From Spirochaetaceae bacterium (GTDB lineage Bacteria; Myxococcota_A; UBA9160; UBA4427): a stretch of DNA of 64,000 nt. The position numbers and the translations under genes are program-made. Each line of letters starts with the position of its first letter. Position 1 is the first letter of the stretch. The stretch is from the NCBI GenBank assembly GCA_020632655.1, contig JACKFD010000004.1:192427-256426 (forward strand), in the 5' to 3' direction. This document shows, piece by piece, positions 36,018-46,003 of the stretch. The notes beneath the pieces were generated by a model that saw nothing but the letters and a program-made list of their open reading frames with translations, was not told where the DNA came from and did not search any database.

Positions 36018-36100
36018 GGACCTCCCGCGACGGATGGGCCCGCCGTCGGTCGGATCCTAGCCACCTGCCCCATGCGCGTCTTCGCGCGCAGGCTGTGCGC

Positions 36101-36679
36101 TCAGCCCGCCGCCGCCTTCAGCTTCACCTTGCCGTTCTGCACGACGACCTTGAAGTCGACCCGGTCGCAGCCGAGCTTCTTCTTGATCTCGGCCTCCTGC
36201 TTGCGGATCGCGGCCTGGAGCTTGGCGGGGGTGAGGCCGCTCGTGTCCTGACCCGTCGCCATCATGGCGTCGCGATAGGTCTCGAAGAGCTCGCTCGAGC
36301 CACCACCCGCCGCCGCGGCGCGCGCACCCGCGCCCGCTGCGCCGCCCACGCCCCGCTCGCGCTCGTGCAGCTGGGCCTTGAAGACGTGGCGCTTGTAGGT
36401 GCCGGCCTCGATCTGGCGCAGGACGTCGTCCCACTTGCGCTTGAAGGCCTGGTAGCGCCCGTTCAGGCTGTTGAACTTGAAGCGGAGCGCGGTGTTCGTG
36501 ATCCGCGTGTTGCTCCACTTCACGATCGCCTTCTGGACCTCGGCGCGCTGCATGGCGGGCTCGGTCGGCCGGGTGCCCAGGAAGTACTTCTCGTAGTCCA
36601 GCTTGAGCTGGGTGATCTTGATCTCGAGGAGCTTCATCTCCTCGTCGGGCGTGGCGGCGTCCAGCTTCATCGGCGGCAC
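36101..36679 (-). CDS. Conserved hypothetical protein (N-terminal coiled coil, Gly/Ala linker, basic C-terminus)
   Basis: Clean 192-aa ORF with non-artefactual composition (LLEIKITQLKLDYEKYFLG...KFNSLNGRYQAFKRKWDDVLRQIEAGTYK). I cannot assign a family with confidence. Confidence 0.6.
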   Translation of the reverse strand: MPPMKLDAATPDEEMKLLEIKITQLKLDYEKYFLGTRPTEPAMQRAEVQKAIVKWSNTRITNTALRFKFNSLNGRYQAFKRKWDDVLRQIEAGTYKRHVFKAQLHERERGVGGAAGAGARAAAAGGGSSELFETYRDAMMATGQDTSGLTPAKLQAAIRKQEAEIKKKLGCDRVDFKVVVQNGKVKLKAAAG

Positions 36680-36826
36680 GAATCGGCGGTCGCACCGAGG
36701 GGCTTGAAGGGTTTTACCCTCGGAATTCGGACTGCTGTCGTCCTGCGTATGACCTGCGTGACGGCCATCGCCGCAAGCGGTCTGCCCGCGGATCCGCCCG
36801 ACCCGCGGGCCCGACCCGGGCGGGAC

Positions 36827-37741
36827 TCAGTCCCGCCGCCGCAGCGGCTCCGAGTGCGCCCAGTCCGAGAGCAGGGTGTTGATCGCCGTGATCAGCAGCA
36901 GCGGCTGGTCGAGCATGAGGTGATGCCCGGCGAGCGGGATCTCGATCACGGGGTTCACCCGGCCCATCTGCTCGTACATGTACTGGCCGATGTCCTCGGT
37001 CACGAGGCCGCACTCCGAGCGCAGGAGCGCGAGCCGGCAGCGCACGTCGGGCAGGTAGGCCCGGGCGGCGGCGCGCGGATTCTCCTCGAAGGCGTTGAAC
37101 GCGTTGTGGTCGAATTTCCATCGCCAGCCGCCCTCGGACGGCGTGAGCGAGTGGGGTCCCACGTCGGCCATCACGTAGTCGAGGTAGTGCGCCTGGGGCG
37201 GGACCGTGCGGAAGCGCTCGAGGGCCTCGCGGCGGGAGGCGTAGATGCGGGGCTTGCCGAAGGCGGCACCCATGCGATGGGCGTCGATCTCGGGGTCGGG
37301 GGCGGAGATCGGGGAGTCGCAGACGATCACGCCGGAGAGCGCGTCGGGCTCGAGGGCCGCGGTCGCGATCGTGACGAAGCCGCCCATGCTGTGGCCGACG
37401 AGGACGGGCGGGCCGTCGATCCCGGCGTGTCGGGCGACGGCCATCACCTCGCGGGTCCAGCCCTCGAGGCTGTAGCGCTCGCGATGGCCCGAGTCGCCGT
37501 GGCCGGAGAGGTCGAGGGCGGCGACGCGGTAGCGGCTCGCATAACGCGCGGCGACGTGGGTCCACCAATGGGCGTGGGCGCCGCCGCCGTGCACGAAGAC
37601 GAGGCCGCGGCGACCGCGCTCGCCCCAGGCGAGGTAGTGGATCGGGCAGCCCTCGACCTCGACCGTCACGTCGCTGCGGGGCGTCGCGAGGGCCTTGCGG
37701 TACCAGTCGGGGGCAGTGGTCGGACGGCCGGGTGCGGACAT
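36827..37741 (-). CDS. Alpha/beta-fold hydrolase
   Basis: LVFVHGGGAHAHWW (oxyanion region) and the VLVGHSMGG nucleophile elbow. Confidence 0.85.
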   Translation of the reverse strand: MSAPGRPTTAPDWYRKALATPRSDVTVEVEGCPIHYLAWGERGRRGLVFVHGGGAHAHWWTHVAARYASRYRVAALDLSGHGDSGHRERYSLEGWTREVMAVARHAGIDGPPVLVGHSMGGFVTIATAALEPDALSGVIVCDSPISAPDPEIDAHRMGAAFGKPRIYASRREALERFRTVPPQAHYLDYVMADVGPHSLTPSEGGWRWKFDHNAFNAFEENPRAAARAYLPDVRCRLALLRSECGLVTEDIGQYMYEQMGRVNPVIEIPLAGHHLMLDQPLLLITAINTLLSDWAHSEPLRRRD

Positions 37742-37813
37742 GGCCGGCGAGTATAGGAGGGCGCGTCCTCGACGGCCGCGTGGCGGTCCGATCGATCGCG
37801 TCGCGCCCGTTCT

Positions 37814-38506
37814 TCAGGCAGAGCGTCGACGGGTCGCGAGTGCGAGCAGTCCGAGGCCCATCAGCAGAGCGGTCGTCGGCTCGGGGACCGCGGCGACGTC
37901 GACGCGCAGGCCGTTCAGGAAGGGCGAGGCGATCGTGGGGCCGTTGGCCGAACGACCCTGCACGAGCGCCGTTCCGGTCGCGTCCGCCACGACCCGGATC
38001 GTGAGCGTGTACTCGTCGAGGCTCTCGGGGGCCGTATTCGACGTGCTGCCGAAGTTGAGGATCTCACCGTTCCAGTCGCCGTTCCGCGGCGGCCCGAAGA
38101 CGCCCGCGTTCACGCTCGGGTAGTCGAAGGCCCAGAGCGTCACGTCGTAGGTCGCGTCGGCGACGAGACCGGAGAGCGTGATGTCGAAGCCCCGGTCGGC
38201 GGGTGGGATGCTCTCGTCCTCCGTGCCGATGAAGAAGAAGTCCCGCCACATGTCGTTCTCGTCGCCGCCACCGTTCTGGGCGCCGCGATCGCGCGCGCCG
38301 AGCGGATTGCCGAGGGGCAGGATCGAGAGCTGGATGCCCTCGCTCGTCGCCGCGAGGCCAGTCGTCGTGACGCCGACCCAGCCGGTCTGGACGGGGCCGT
38401 CGCCGAAGTCGAAGAGGGCCGGCAGGGCGCTCGCCTGGGAGGCCGGCAGGACGAGGAGTGCGGCGAGGATCGGGAGCAGCAGGAACGGACGGGAGAACGA
38501 CGGCAT
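37814..38506 (-). CDS. Secreted PEP-CTERM sorting-domain protein
   Basis: N-terminal signal peptide. The C-terminus VPEPTTALLMGLGLLALATRRRSA shows the PEP motif, a TM helix and a basic tail. Confidence 0.8.
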   Translation of the reverse strand: MPSFSRPFLLLPILAALLVLPASQASALPALFDFGDGPVQTGWVGVTTTGLAATSEGIQLSILPLGNPLGARDRGAQNGGGDENDMWRDFFFIGTEDESIPPADRGFDITLSGLVADATYDVTLWAFDYPSVNAGVFGPPRNGDWNGEILNFGSTSNTAPESLDEYTLTIRVVADATGTALVQGRSANGPTIASPFLNGLRVDVAAVPEPTTALLMGLGLLALATRRRSA

Positions 38507-38638
38507 CGAGTGACCTCGTGTCGCTTCCCAGGAAACCGGAGCCTAGGTCCTCGCGGCGCCGGTGCTCAATGGCGTCTTCCCGCCGAAGGCCTTCGGGTTC
38601 CGGCAGGTAGAAATCGGTCATCGCGAGCGATGCCGCTC

Positions 38639-38693
38639 GGATCTCGCCGAGTGCGTGCTCTGCGTTCGGAGAGATTCGAGGTGGCGGGCTCAG
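38639..38693 (-). pseudogene. Remnant copy of the 3' end of the VUT/YhhQ-like transporter gene
   Basis: About 48 of 56 hand-aligned positions are identical to 40183-40237. It would encode ISPNAEHALGEI versus the genuine C-terminus IDPNAEHALGEI. The stop TGA is replaced by CGA. Confidence 0.55.
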
Positions 38694-39005
38694 ACAGCAG
38701 GCGGCGAGCGAGCGGCGCCGGGAGTCCCGGGCTGCGGAAAACCGAAGCCAACCGGCAGGAATCCGCCATGGAGCCCGCGGTGTACCAGCCGCTACTCGTG
38801 AACGGCTTGCCGCCCTGTCGCTCCTCCCTCTCCGAAGGCGCCCGACCTTCGATATCGCTCGAGCCTGTTGACGATTCGCAGGACGCCGCCGGGCGTCGAG
38901 GACGAAGGAGTGAGCGACGGGGCGGCGGCCCTGGATCGCCTCGAATCCGCTCGCCGTTCGGAGCTCGGGGTTGGCACACGCAAAGCGAGCGACGCGCCAG
39001 AGGGG

Positions 39006-40085
39006 CTAGAGGAAGACGAGCGCGTTGAGCGCCATCGCCTTGGCGACCGCCTCCGCCGTGGTGTCCGCGCCGAGCTTCCGTCTAGCGCTCTGGAGCAGCT
39101 GGCCCAGCGCACGCTCCGTCGTTCCCGCGGCCTCGGCCGCGGAGCGCGTCCCATGCCCCGCCGCGATCAGCGCGAGCGCGTCGCGTTCACGCAGCGAGAG
39201 TCCCGCACTCCGCGCGAGCGCTCCCAGCGAGTAGGCCACGTTCTGCATCAGCAGGAGCCGGTCGCGAAGCCGGCGCTCGCGATCCGACTGCGCCGCAGCC
39301 AGGTCCTCCGTCGCCTCGGGCTCGGTCCGGTAGAAGGCCGAGAGCACGACGTAGCCGGCTCCGAACGGCGAGCCGAGGGTGATTCCCACGCCGACGGACG
39401 CCCTCCGGCAGGCCGCCGCGACGAGGGAGGAGACCGCGTCGTCGTCGCGATCGAGTCGCACCACGACCGGGCGATCCGGCTCGGCGAAGAGCCGCGCAGC
39501 GGTCCGTGCCTGGGTGGCCCCACTGTCCGCCTGCAGGGCGTCGATCAGGGAAGCCGGCGCGCTGTGTCTCTGCAGCACGTCTCCCTTGCGAAAGCTGGCT
39601 GCGGAGAGCGGCAGGAAGTACCAGAAGAGCGCCACGACACCGTCGTCCTCGAGATCGGCCCTCACGAGCTCGAGCATCTCGTCGAGCGTCGCCGCCGTAC
39701 GGAGCCGCGCAACGAGGTCCGTCGACGAGGAGTCGATCGCTGTGTCGCTGGCTGCTTTGTCGGAAGAGGAGACCGGGAGGACGACACCGAAGGCATCGGG
39801 AATCCGCGCCGTCGACTCGCTCTCCTCGCCGAGCAGCGCGACAGCGGCCTCGAGTGTCGACGACACGCCGAGCTTGCGACGCAAGGCGACGAGGTGCTTC
39901 TCCGCCGTGGAAGGCGAGATCTCGAGCCGATCGGCGATCTCATGCGCCGAGCAGCCGCGCTTGACGAGCGCCGCACACGCGGACTCCCGCTCACTCAGCC
40001 CGTAGCGCTCGGCCAGACTCGCATCCACCGCGAGCTGTCCGTCCCGCGTGCCGTGCAACGTCTCCCGTAGTCCGATCCGTCGCAT
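39006..40085 (-). CDS. LuxR-family regulator with two LuxR-type HTH domains flanking an autoinducer-binding-like domain
   Basis: N-terminal LSERESACAALVKRGCSAHEIADRLEISPSTAEKHLVALRRKLGV and C-terminal LSLRERDALALIAAGHGTRSAAEAAGTTERALGQLLQSARRKLGA. ATG at 40085; the 710-aa track ORF is an artefactual extension. Confidence 0.8.
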   Translation of the reverse strand: MRRIGLRETLHGTRDGQLAVDASLAERYGLSERESACAALVKRGCSAHEIADRLEISPSTAEKHLVALRRKLGVSSTLEAAVALLGEESESTARIPDAFGVVLPVSSSDKAASDTAIDSSSTDLVARLRTAATLDEMLELVRADLEDDGVVALFWYFLPLSAASFRKGDVLQRHSAPASLIDALQADSGATQARTAARLFAEPDRPVVVRLDRDDDAVSSLVAAACRRASVGVGITLGSPFGAGYVVLSAFYRTEPEATEDLAAAQSDRERRLRDRLLLMQNVAYSLGALARSAGLSLRERDALALIAAGHGTRSAAEAAGTTERALGQLLQSARRKLGADTTAEAVAKAMALNALVFL

Positions 40086-40180
40086 CGCCCTCCCCGCCCG
40101 CAGATCCCTTCCCGAGCCGTCAAGGCTAGTCGATCGAGTCGAGCGGTCGCATGCGTCTTCGCGGGGGGCGCAGCGGCGGG

Positions 40181-41658
<1,478 letters not shown>

Positions 41659-42978
41659 TCAGTCGCCGGACGGCGCCGGATCGCCGACGAGCCCGACCAG
41701 CGCGTCGGCGAGTGCATCGATCTCGTGCGGCTCGTGCGTCGCCATCGGCGTGATGCGCAGCCGCGCCGTGCCCTGCGGCACGGACGGATGCCGGATGCCC
41801 TGTGCGTAGAAGCCGCGCTCGAGCAGCGCCTCGCAGACCGCCATCGTGCGCGCGTTGTCGCCGAGCACGAGCGGCAGGATGTGCGTCGTGCTCGGCGCGG
41901 TCGACAGGCCCGCGTCGGCGAGCCGCGCGCGCAGGCGATCGCAGTTCGCCGCGAGCCGCGCGCGTCGCCAGGGCTCCGCGTCGACGAGCCGCAGCGCCGC
42001 CCGCGCCGCCTCGACCTGCGCGGGGGCGAGGGCGCAGGAGAAGATGAAGCTGCGCGCCGTGTTCACGAGCAGCTCGCGCAGCCGCGAGGAGCCCACGACG
42101 AAGGCGCCGAAGGAGCCGAGCGACTTCCCGAGCGTACCCATCAGCACGTCGACCTCGCCCAGCACGCCGGCCTGCTCCGCCGTCCCGCGTCCGCGCGCGC
42201 CGAGGCAGCCCGTCCCGTGCGCATCGTCGAGCAGCACGATGGCGTCGACCTCGCGCGCGCGCCGCACGATCTCCGCGACGGGCGCCACGTCGCCGTCCAT
42301 GCTGTACACGCCGTCTACGGCGACGAGCACGCGCCGCGCCCGGGCACGCGCGGCGGCGAGCGTCTGCCCGAAGGCGTCGACGTCGCCATGTGCGAAGACC
42401 TCGACGTCGCAGCGGGCCAGGCGCGCGCCGTCGATGATCGAGGCGTGGTTGAGGGCGTCGGAGACGAGCACGTCGCCGGGACCGACGAGCGCCGGGATCA
42501 CCCCGACGTTCGCCATGTAGCCCGTGTTGAAGGCGAGCGCGGCCTCGCGCCCGAAGAAGGCGGCGAGCTCGGCCTCGAGCGCCTCGTGGCAGGCGAGGTT
42601 GCCCGTGATGAGGCGCGAGCCACCGGCTGCGCATCCCCACTGGCGCGTGCCGCGCTCGGCCGCGGCGACGACCTCCGGATGGCGCGCGAGGTCGAGGTAG
42701 TTGCTGCCGGCGAAGAGCAGCACGTCGCGGCCGTCGACCGTCATGCGCGGCGCCTGCACGCCTTCGAGGACGCGCATGCGTCGGTAGGTCCCGCGCTCGC
42801 GGATGCCGCCGAGCACCTCGTCGGCGAGCCGGTCGAGCGCGCCGCCGTCCGATGGCCCCGTCGCGGGGACGGGCGTCGCGTCGTTCCCGTAGCGCGGCTC
42901 CGCACCGGCGATCACGCCGCTCCCGGCGCCCACGGCGCGTGCGGCGGACCCGCCCAGCCGCTGCGCGGCGCGGCTCAT
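41659..42978 (-). CDS. bioF: 8-amino-7-oxononanoate synthase
   Basis: LLFAGSNYLDLARHPEV, DALNHASIIDGARL and VDGVYSMDGDVAP (PLP lysine region). The ATG at 42978 overlaps the bioB stop. Confidence 0.92.
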   Translation of the reverse strand: MSRAAQRLGGSAARAVGAGSGVIAGAEPRYGNDATPVPATGPSDGGALDRLADEVLGGIRERGTYRRMRVLEGVQAPRMTVDGRDVLLFAGSNYLDLARHPEVVAAAERGTRQWGCAAGGSRLITGNLACHEALEAELAAFFGREAALAFNTGYMANVGVIPALVGPGDVLVSDALNHASIIDGARLARCDVEVFAHGDVDAFGQTLAAARARARRVLVAVDGVYSMDGDVAPVAEIVRRAREVDAIVLLDDAHGTGCLGARGRGTAEQAGVLGEVDVLMGTLGKSLGSFGAFVVGSSRLRELLVNTARSFIFSCALAPAQVEAARAALRLVDAEPWRRARLAANCDRLRARLADAGLSTAPSTTHILPLVLGDNARTMAVCEALLERGFYAQGIRHPSVPQGTARLRITPMATHEPHEIDALADALVGLVGDPAPSGD

Positions 42979-44126
42979 GCGCGGGCGATCTCGGGCTTGA
43001 GGAGCTGGTCGCTGCCGTCGGGGATGCGGAACTGAGAACGACCGGCGCCTGCGGCGTCGCCTTCGCGCTCCGCACCCGGCAGCCAGCAGTCGTTGCCCTC
43101 GATCTCGAAGCCCGCGTCGCGGATCATCGCGTAGGTGTCCTCGACCGGATCGCCCTTCGTCGTGAGGTAGCCCTCGACGAAGAGCGAGTTCGCCGGATAG
43201 AGCGCGAAGGGCTGCATCGAGCGGAGATGGCCCTCGCGCCCGCCGGCCACGCGGAGCTCCGCCGTCGGGTTCACGAAGCGCATCAGGCACAGCACGCGCA
43301 GACAGCGCTCGGGCGTGAGCGAGCCGTCCTCCTGCACGCGGTTGCCCGCGATCGGGATCAGGAAGTTCACGGGGATCGACGGCACCTCGAGCTCGCGCAG
43401 CTTGAAGGCCACCTCGAGGATGTCGCGCGAGCCCTCGCCCATGCCGACGATCATGCCCGAGCACGACTCGATCCCGGCGCGCTTGGCCGCCTCGAGGGTC
43501 GCGACGCGGTCGGCCCAGGTATGGGTCGAGGTGATCGCGTCGTAGCGCGACTCGCTCGTGTTCAGGTTGTGGTTCATGCGATCGAGGCCGGCCTCCTTGA
43601 GGATCGCGGCGTGCTCGTCGCCCATCAGGCCGGCCGAGAGGCAGACCTCGATCGGCCAGCGCGACTTGATCTCGCGGATCAGCCCGGCGATGCGCTGGGT
43701 GCGGCCGACCGTCGGGCCACGTCCCGAGAGCACCATGCAATAACGCGACGCCCCGGCCTTCGCGGCGGCCTCGGCCTCGGCGAGGATCGCCTCGTCGCTC
43801 TTCATGGCGTATTTCCGGATCGCCGCCTCGGAGTCCTTGTTCTGCGAGCAATAGCCGCAGTCCTCGGGACAGAGCCCGTTCTGCACGTTGTTCAGCACGT
43901 GCACCATCACCTTGCGCCCGAAGGCCCGCCGCCGCGGCTCGTAGGCCGCCTGCAGGAGCGGCAGCAGCTCGACGTCCTCGCCTTCGAGGATCCAGAGACA
44001 CTCGGCCTCGCTCGGCGCGATGCCGGCGAGGGCATTGCGTGCGAGCGCCGCATAACGGTCTTCGCCTCGGCCCGGCTGGGCCTGGGCGTCGGGACGGGTC
44101 GTCGAGGAGGTCGGGGCAGCGGACAA
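42975..44126 (-). CDS. bioB: Biotin synthase (radical SAM)
   Basis: NGLCPEDCGYCSQN radical-SAM cluster motif. I prefer the TTG at 44126, which is preceded by AGGAGAG. The track start at 44186 falls inside the predicted -10 box. Confidence 0.92.
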   Translation of the reverse strand: MSAAPTSSTTRPDAQAQPGRGEDRYAALARNALAGIAPSEAECLWILEGEDVELLPLLQAAYEPRRRAFGRKVMVHVLNNVQNGLCPEDCGYCSQNKDSEAAIRKYAMKSDEAILAEAEAAAKAGASRYCMVLSGRGPTVGRTQRIAGLIREIKSRWPIEVCLSAGLMGDEHAAILKEAGLDRMNHNLNTSESRYDAITSTHTWADRVATLEAAKRAGIESCSGMIVGMGEGSRDILEVAFKLRELEVPSIPVNFLIPIAGNRVQEDGSLTPERCLRVLCLMRFVNPTAELRVAGGREGHLRSMQPFALYPANSLFVEGYLTTKGDPVEDTYAMIRDAGFEIEGNDCWLPGAEREGDAAGAGRSQFRIPDGSDQLLKPEIARA

Positions 44127-44184
44127 GGGCGGCTCTCCTGGCGCGGACGGCCCCGGTCGCCGGGGCCCATCGGGCGGGCGCCGC

Positions 44185-44239
44185 AAGCTACCGGGGCGCT
44201 CGCGACGCTGTCAACCGGAGTCCGCAGGCCGGTTGACAG
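44185..44239 (-). promoter_or_regulatory. bioB promoter overlapped by a BirA-type operator palindrome
   Basis: Perfect inverted repeat CTGTCAACCGG-N10-CCGGTTGACAG (44208-44239), i.e. TGTCAACC-N14-GGTTGACA. The minus strand reads TTGACA-N18-TAGCTT. Confidence 0.55.
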
Positions 44240-44387
44240 CCATCCACCCCTCCCGAGGCGCCCTCGATCTGCCTACATTCACCGCGTTTTCGTGTGCGCG
44301 CTCGGCGCTCGGCGCTCGCCGCGATCGCGGCACGGCCCGCGGCCCGAGCGGGAGCCCGGCCGGCATGCGGAAGGGAGGAGACTCGAC

Positions 44388-45842
44388 GTGGCCCGAAGAA
44401 GGACCGTGCACTGCTGCCAGGCCTGCGGCGCGCAGCATCCGCGCTGGCACGGCCGCTGTCCGGATTGCGGGGAGTGGGAGAGCCTGGTCGAGGAGACCTT
44501 CGCGCCGCCGGTCGCGCCGGCAGCGACGGCACCCGGGTCGCGTGCGCCGGGCGGTGGATTGGCGGGACTCGTCACTCCGGTCGGGGAGGAGAAGCCGCGA
44601 CGGCTGGCGGAGATCGACGCGGACGCGAGCCCGCGGATCCGCTCCGGTGAGGGCGAGCTGGATCGGGTGCTCGGCGGGGGCTTCGTGCCGGGGTCGGTGA
44701 TCCTGCTGGGCGGCGATCCCGGGATCGGGAAGTCGACCCTCGCGCTGCAGGTGGCGGGCGGACTCGCCGCCGCAGGGCGCTCGGTCCTCTACGTGAGCGG
44801 CGAGGAGAGCGCCGAGCAGATCCGGCTGCGGGCCTCGCGGTTGCCGGGCGTCGGCGGCGGGCTGCAGGTGCTGACCTCGACGCGGGTCGAGGCGCTCGCG
44901 GGACCGCTTCGCGAGCTCGCCCCGAGTGTCGTCGTGATCGACTCGATCCAGACGATCCAGACCGACGCGATCGAGTCCGCCGCCGGATCGGTCGCGCAGG
45001 TACGCGAGTCGGCGGCTCAGCTCGCGGCGACGGCGAAGCGGTCGAATGCGGTGTTGCTGCTGATCGGACACGTCACGAAGGATGGACAGCTCGCGGGGCC
45101 GCGGGTGCTCGAGCATCTGGTCGACGTCGTGCTGACCTTCGAGGGCGATCGGCACCACGCGTTCCGGCTGCTGCGTACGGTCAAGAACCGCTTCGGATCG
45201 ACGCAGGAGGTGGGCGTCTTCTCGATGGCCGGGCACGGCCTCGAGGCGGTCGGGAATCCGAGCGAGCTCTTCCTCGAGGAGCGCAGCACCCGGGCGCCGG
45301 GCAGCTGCGTCGTGCCGCTGCTCGAGGGCTCGCGGCCGATGCTGGTGGAGCTGCAGGCGCTGGTCGCGCCGGCGCCCTACGGCACGCCGCGGCGCACGAC
45401 CCTCGGGCTCGAAGACGCACGGGTGGCGTTGCTGCTCGCGGTGCTCGATCGGCGCAGTCGGGTCGATCTGCTCTCCCAGGATGTCTATGCGAAGGCGGCG
45501 GGTGGCGTGCGGGTCGCGGAGCCGGCGGCGGACCTGGCGATCGCGCTCGCGATCGCGTCGAGCCGGCTCGATCGGGCGGTGCCGCCGGATACCGCGGCGG
45601 TCGGCGAGATCGGGCTGGGCGGGGAGGTGCGGCGGGTGGCGCGGCTCGATGCGCGGGCGGCCGAGGCGGCGCGGCTGGGCTTCCGGCGGCTGCTGGTGCC
45701 CGAGGCCTGCCATCGCGAGCAGGTCGCGCGGACGAAGGGACGCGGATCGGGGGCGGATCCGGATTGCGAACTCGTTCCCATTCGCGAGGTGGCCGAGGCG
45801 GTCGACTGGCTCGAGCGGTACGGCGGATCGGAGCCGGGTTGA
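44388..45842 (+). CDS. radA: DNA repair protein RadA/Sms
   Basis: CQACGAQHPRWHGRCPDCGEWES zinc finger, GGDPGIGKSTL Walker A and the KNRFG motif. GTG at 44388 preceded by AAGGGAGGAG. Confidence 0.95.
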   Translation: MARRRTVHCCQACGAQHPRWHGRCPDCGEWESLVEETFAPPVAPAATAPGSRAPGGGLAGLVTPVGEEKPRRLAEIDADASPRIRSGEGELDRVLGGGFVPGSVILLGGDPGIGKSTLALQVAGGLAAAGRSVLYVSGEESAEQIRLRASRLPGVGGGLQVLTSTRVEALAGPLRELAPSVVVIDSIQTIQTDAIESAAGSVAQVRESAAQLAATAKRSNAVLLLIGHVTKDGQLAGPRVLEHLVDVVLTFEGDRHHAFRLLRTVKNRFGSTQEVGVFSMAGHGLEAVGNPSELFLEERSTRAPGSCVVPLLEGSRPMLVELQALVAPAPYGTPRRTTLGLEDARVALLLAVLDRRSRVDLLSQDVYAKAAGGVRVAEPAADLAIALAIASSRLDRAVPPDTAAVGEIGLGGEVRRVARLDARAAEAARLGFRRLLVPEACHREQVARTKGRGSGADPDCELVPIREVAEAVDWLERYGGSEPG

Positions 45843-45968
45843 AGCGCGGCCGCTCCGTCGCGCACGGGTCGGGACGAGGAACCGTGGTCGCCGCGACGAG
45901 GCTCGCCCGCCGCTTGCGTGAACTGCGGTAAACACCCGTTTTTGAAGTGTTTTTGGAGATGTTTTCCT

Positions 45969-45997
45969 TTGACACGGGAAATTCGCGCGGCTAAGGT
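45969..45997 (+). promoter_or_regulatory. Candidate sigma70-type promoter placing the transcription start at or near the ATG of the next gene
   Basis: TTGACA (45969-45974), N17, TAAGGT (45992-45997). The ATG at 46004 lies 7 nt after the -10. Phased T-tracts lie upstream, in an AT-rich island unusual for this window. Confidence 0.45.
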
Positions 45998-46003
45998 GCG
46001 CGC

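Noticed and set aside
41659-44001. A 780-aa ORF that looks like a BioB-BioF fusion, and a 710-aa ORF (39006-41138) spanning the LuxR, transporter and bioD genes.
   Set aside because: Only the C-terminal parts show real homology (BioF, LuxR). The N-terminal parts are out-of-frame read-through of neighbouring genes. Internal ATGs with 4-nt overlaps give normal-sized proteins.
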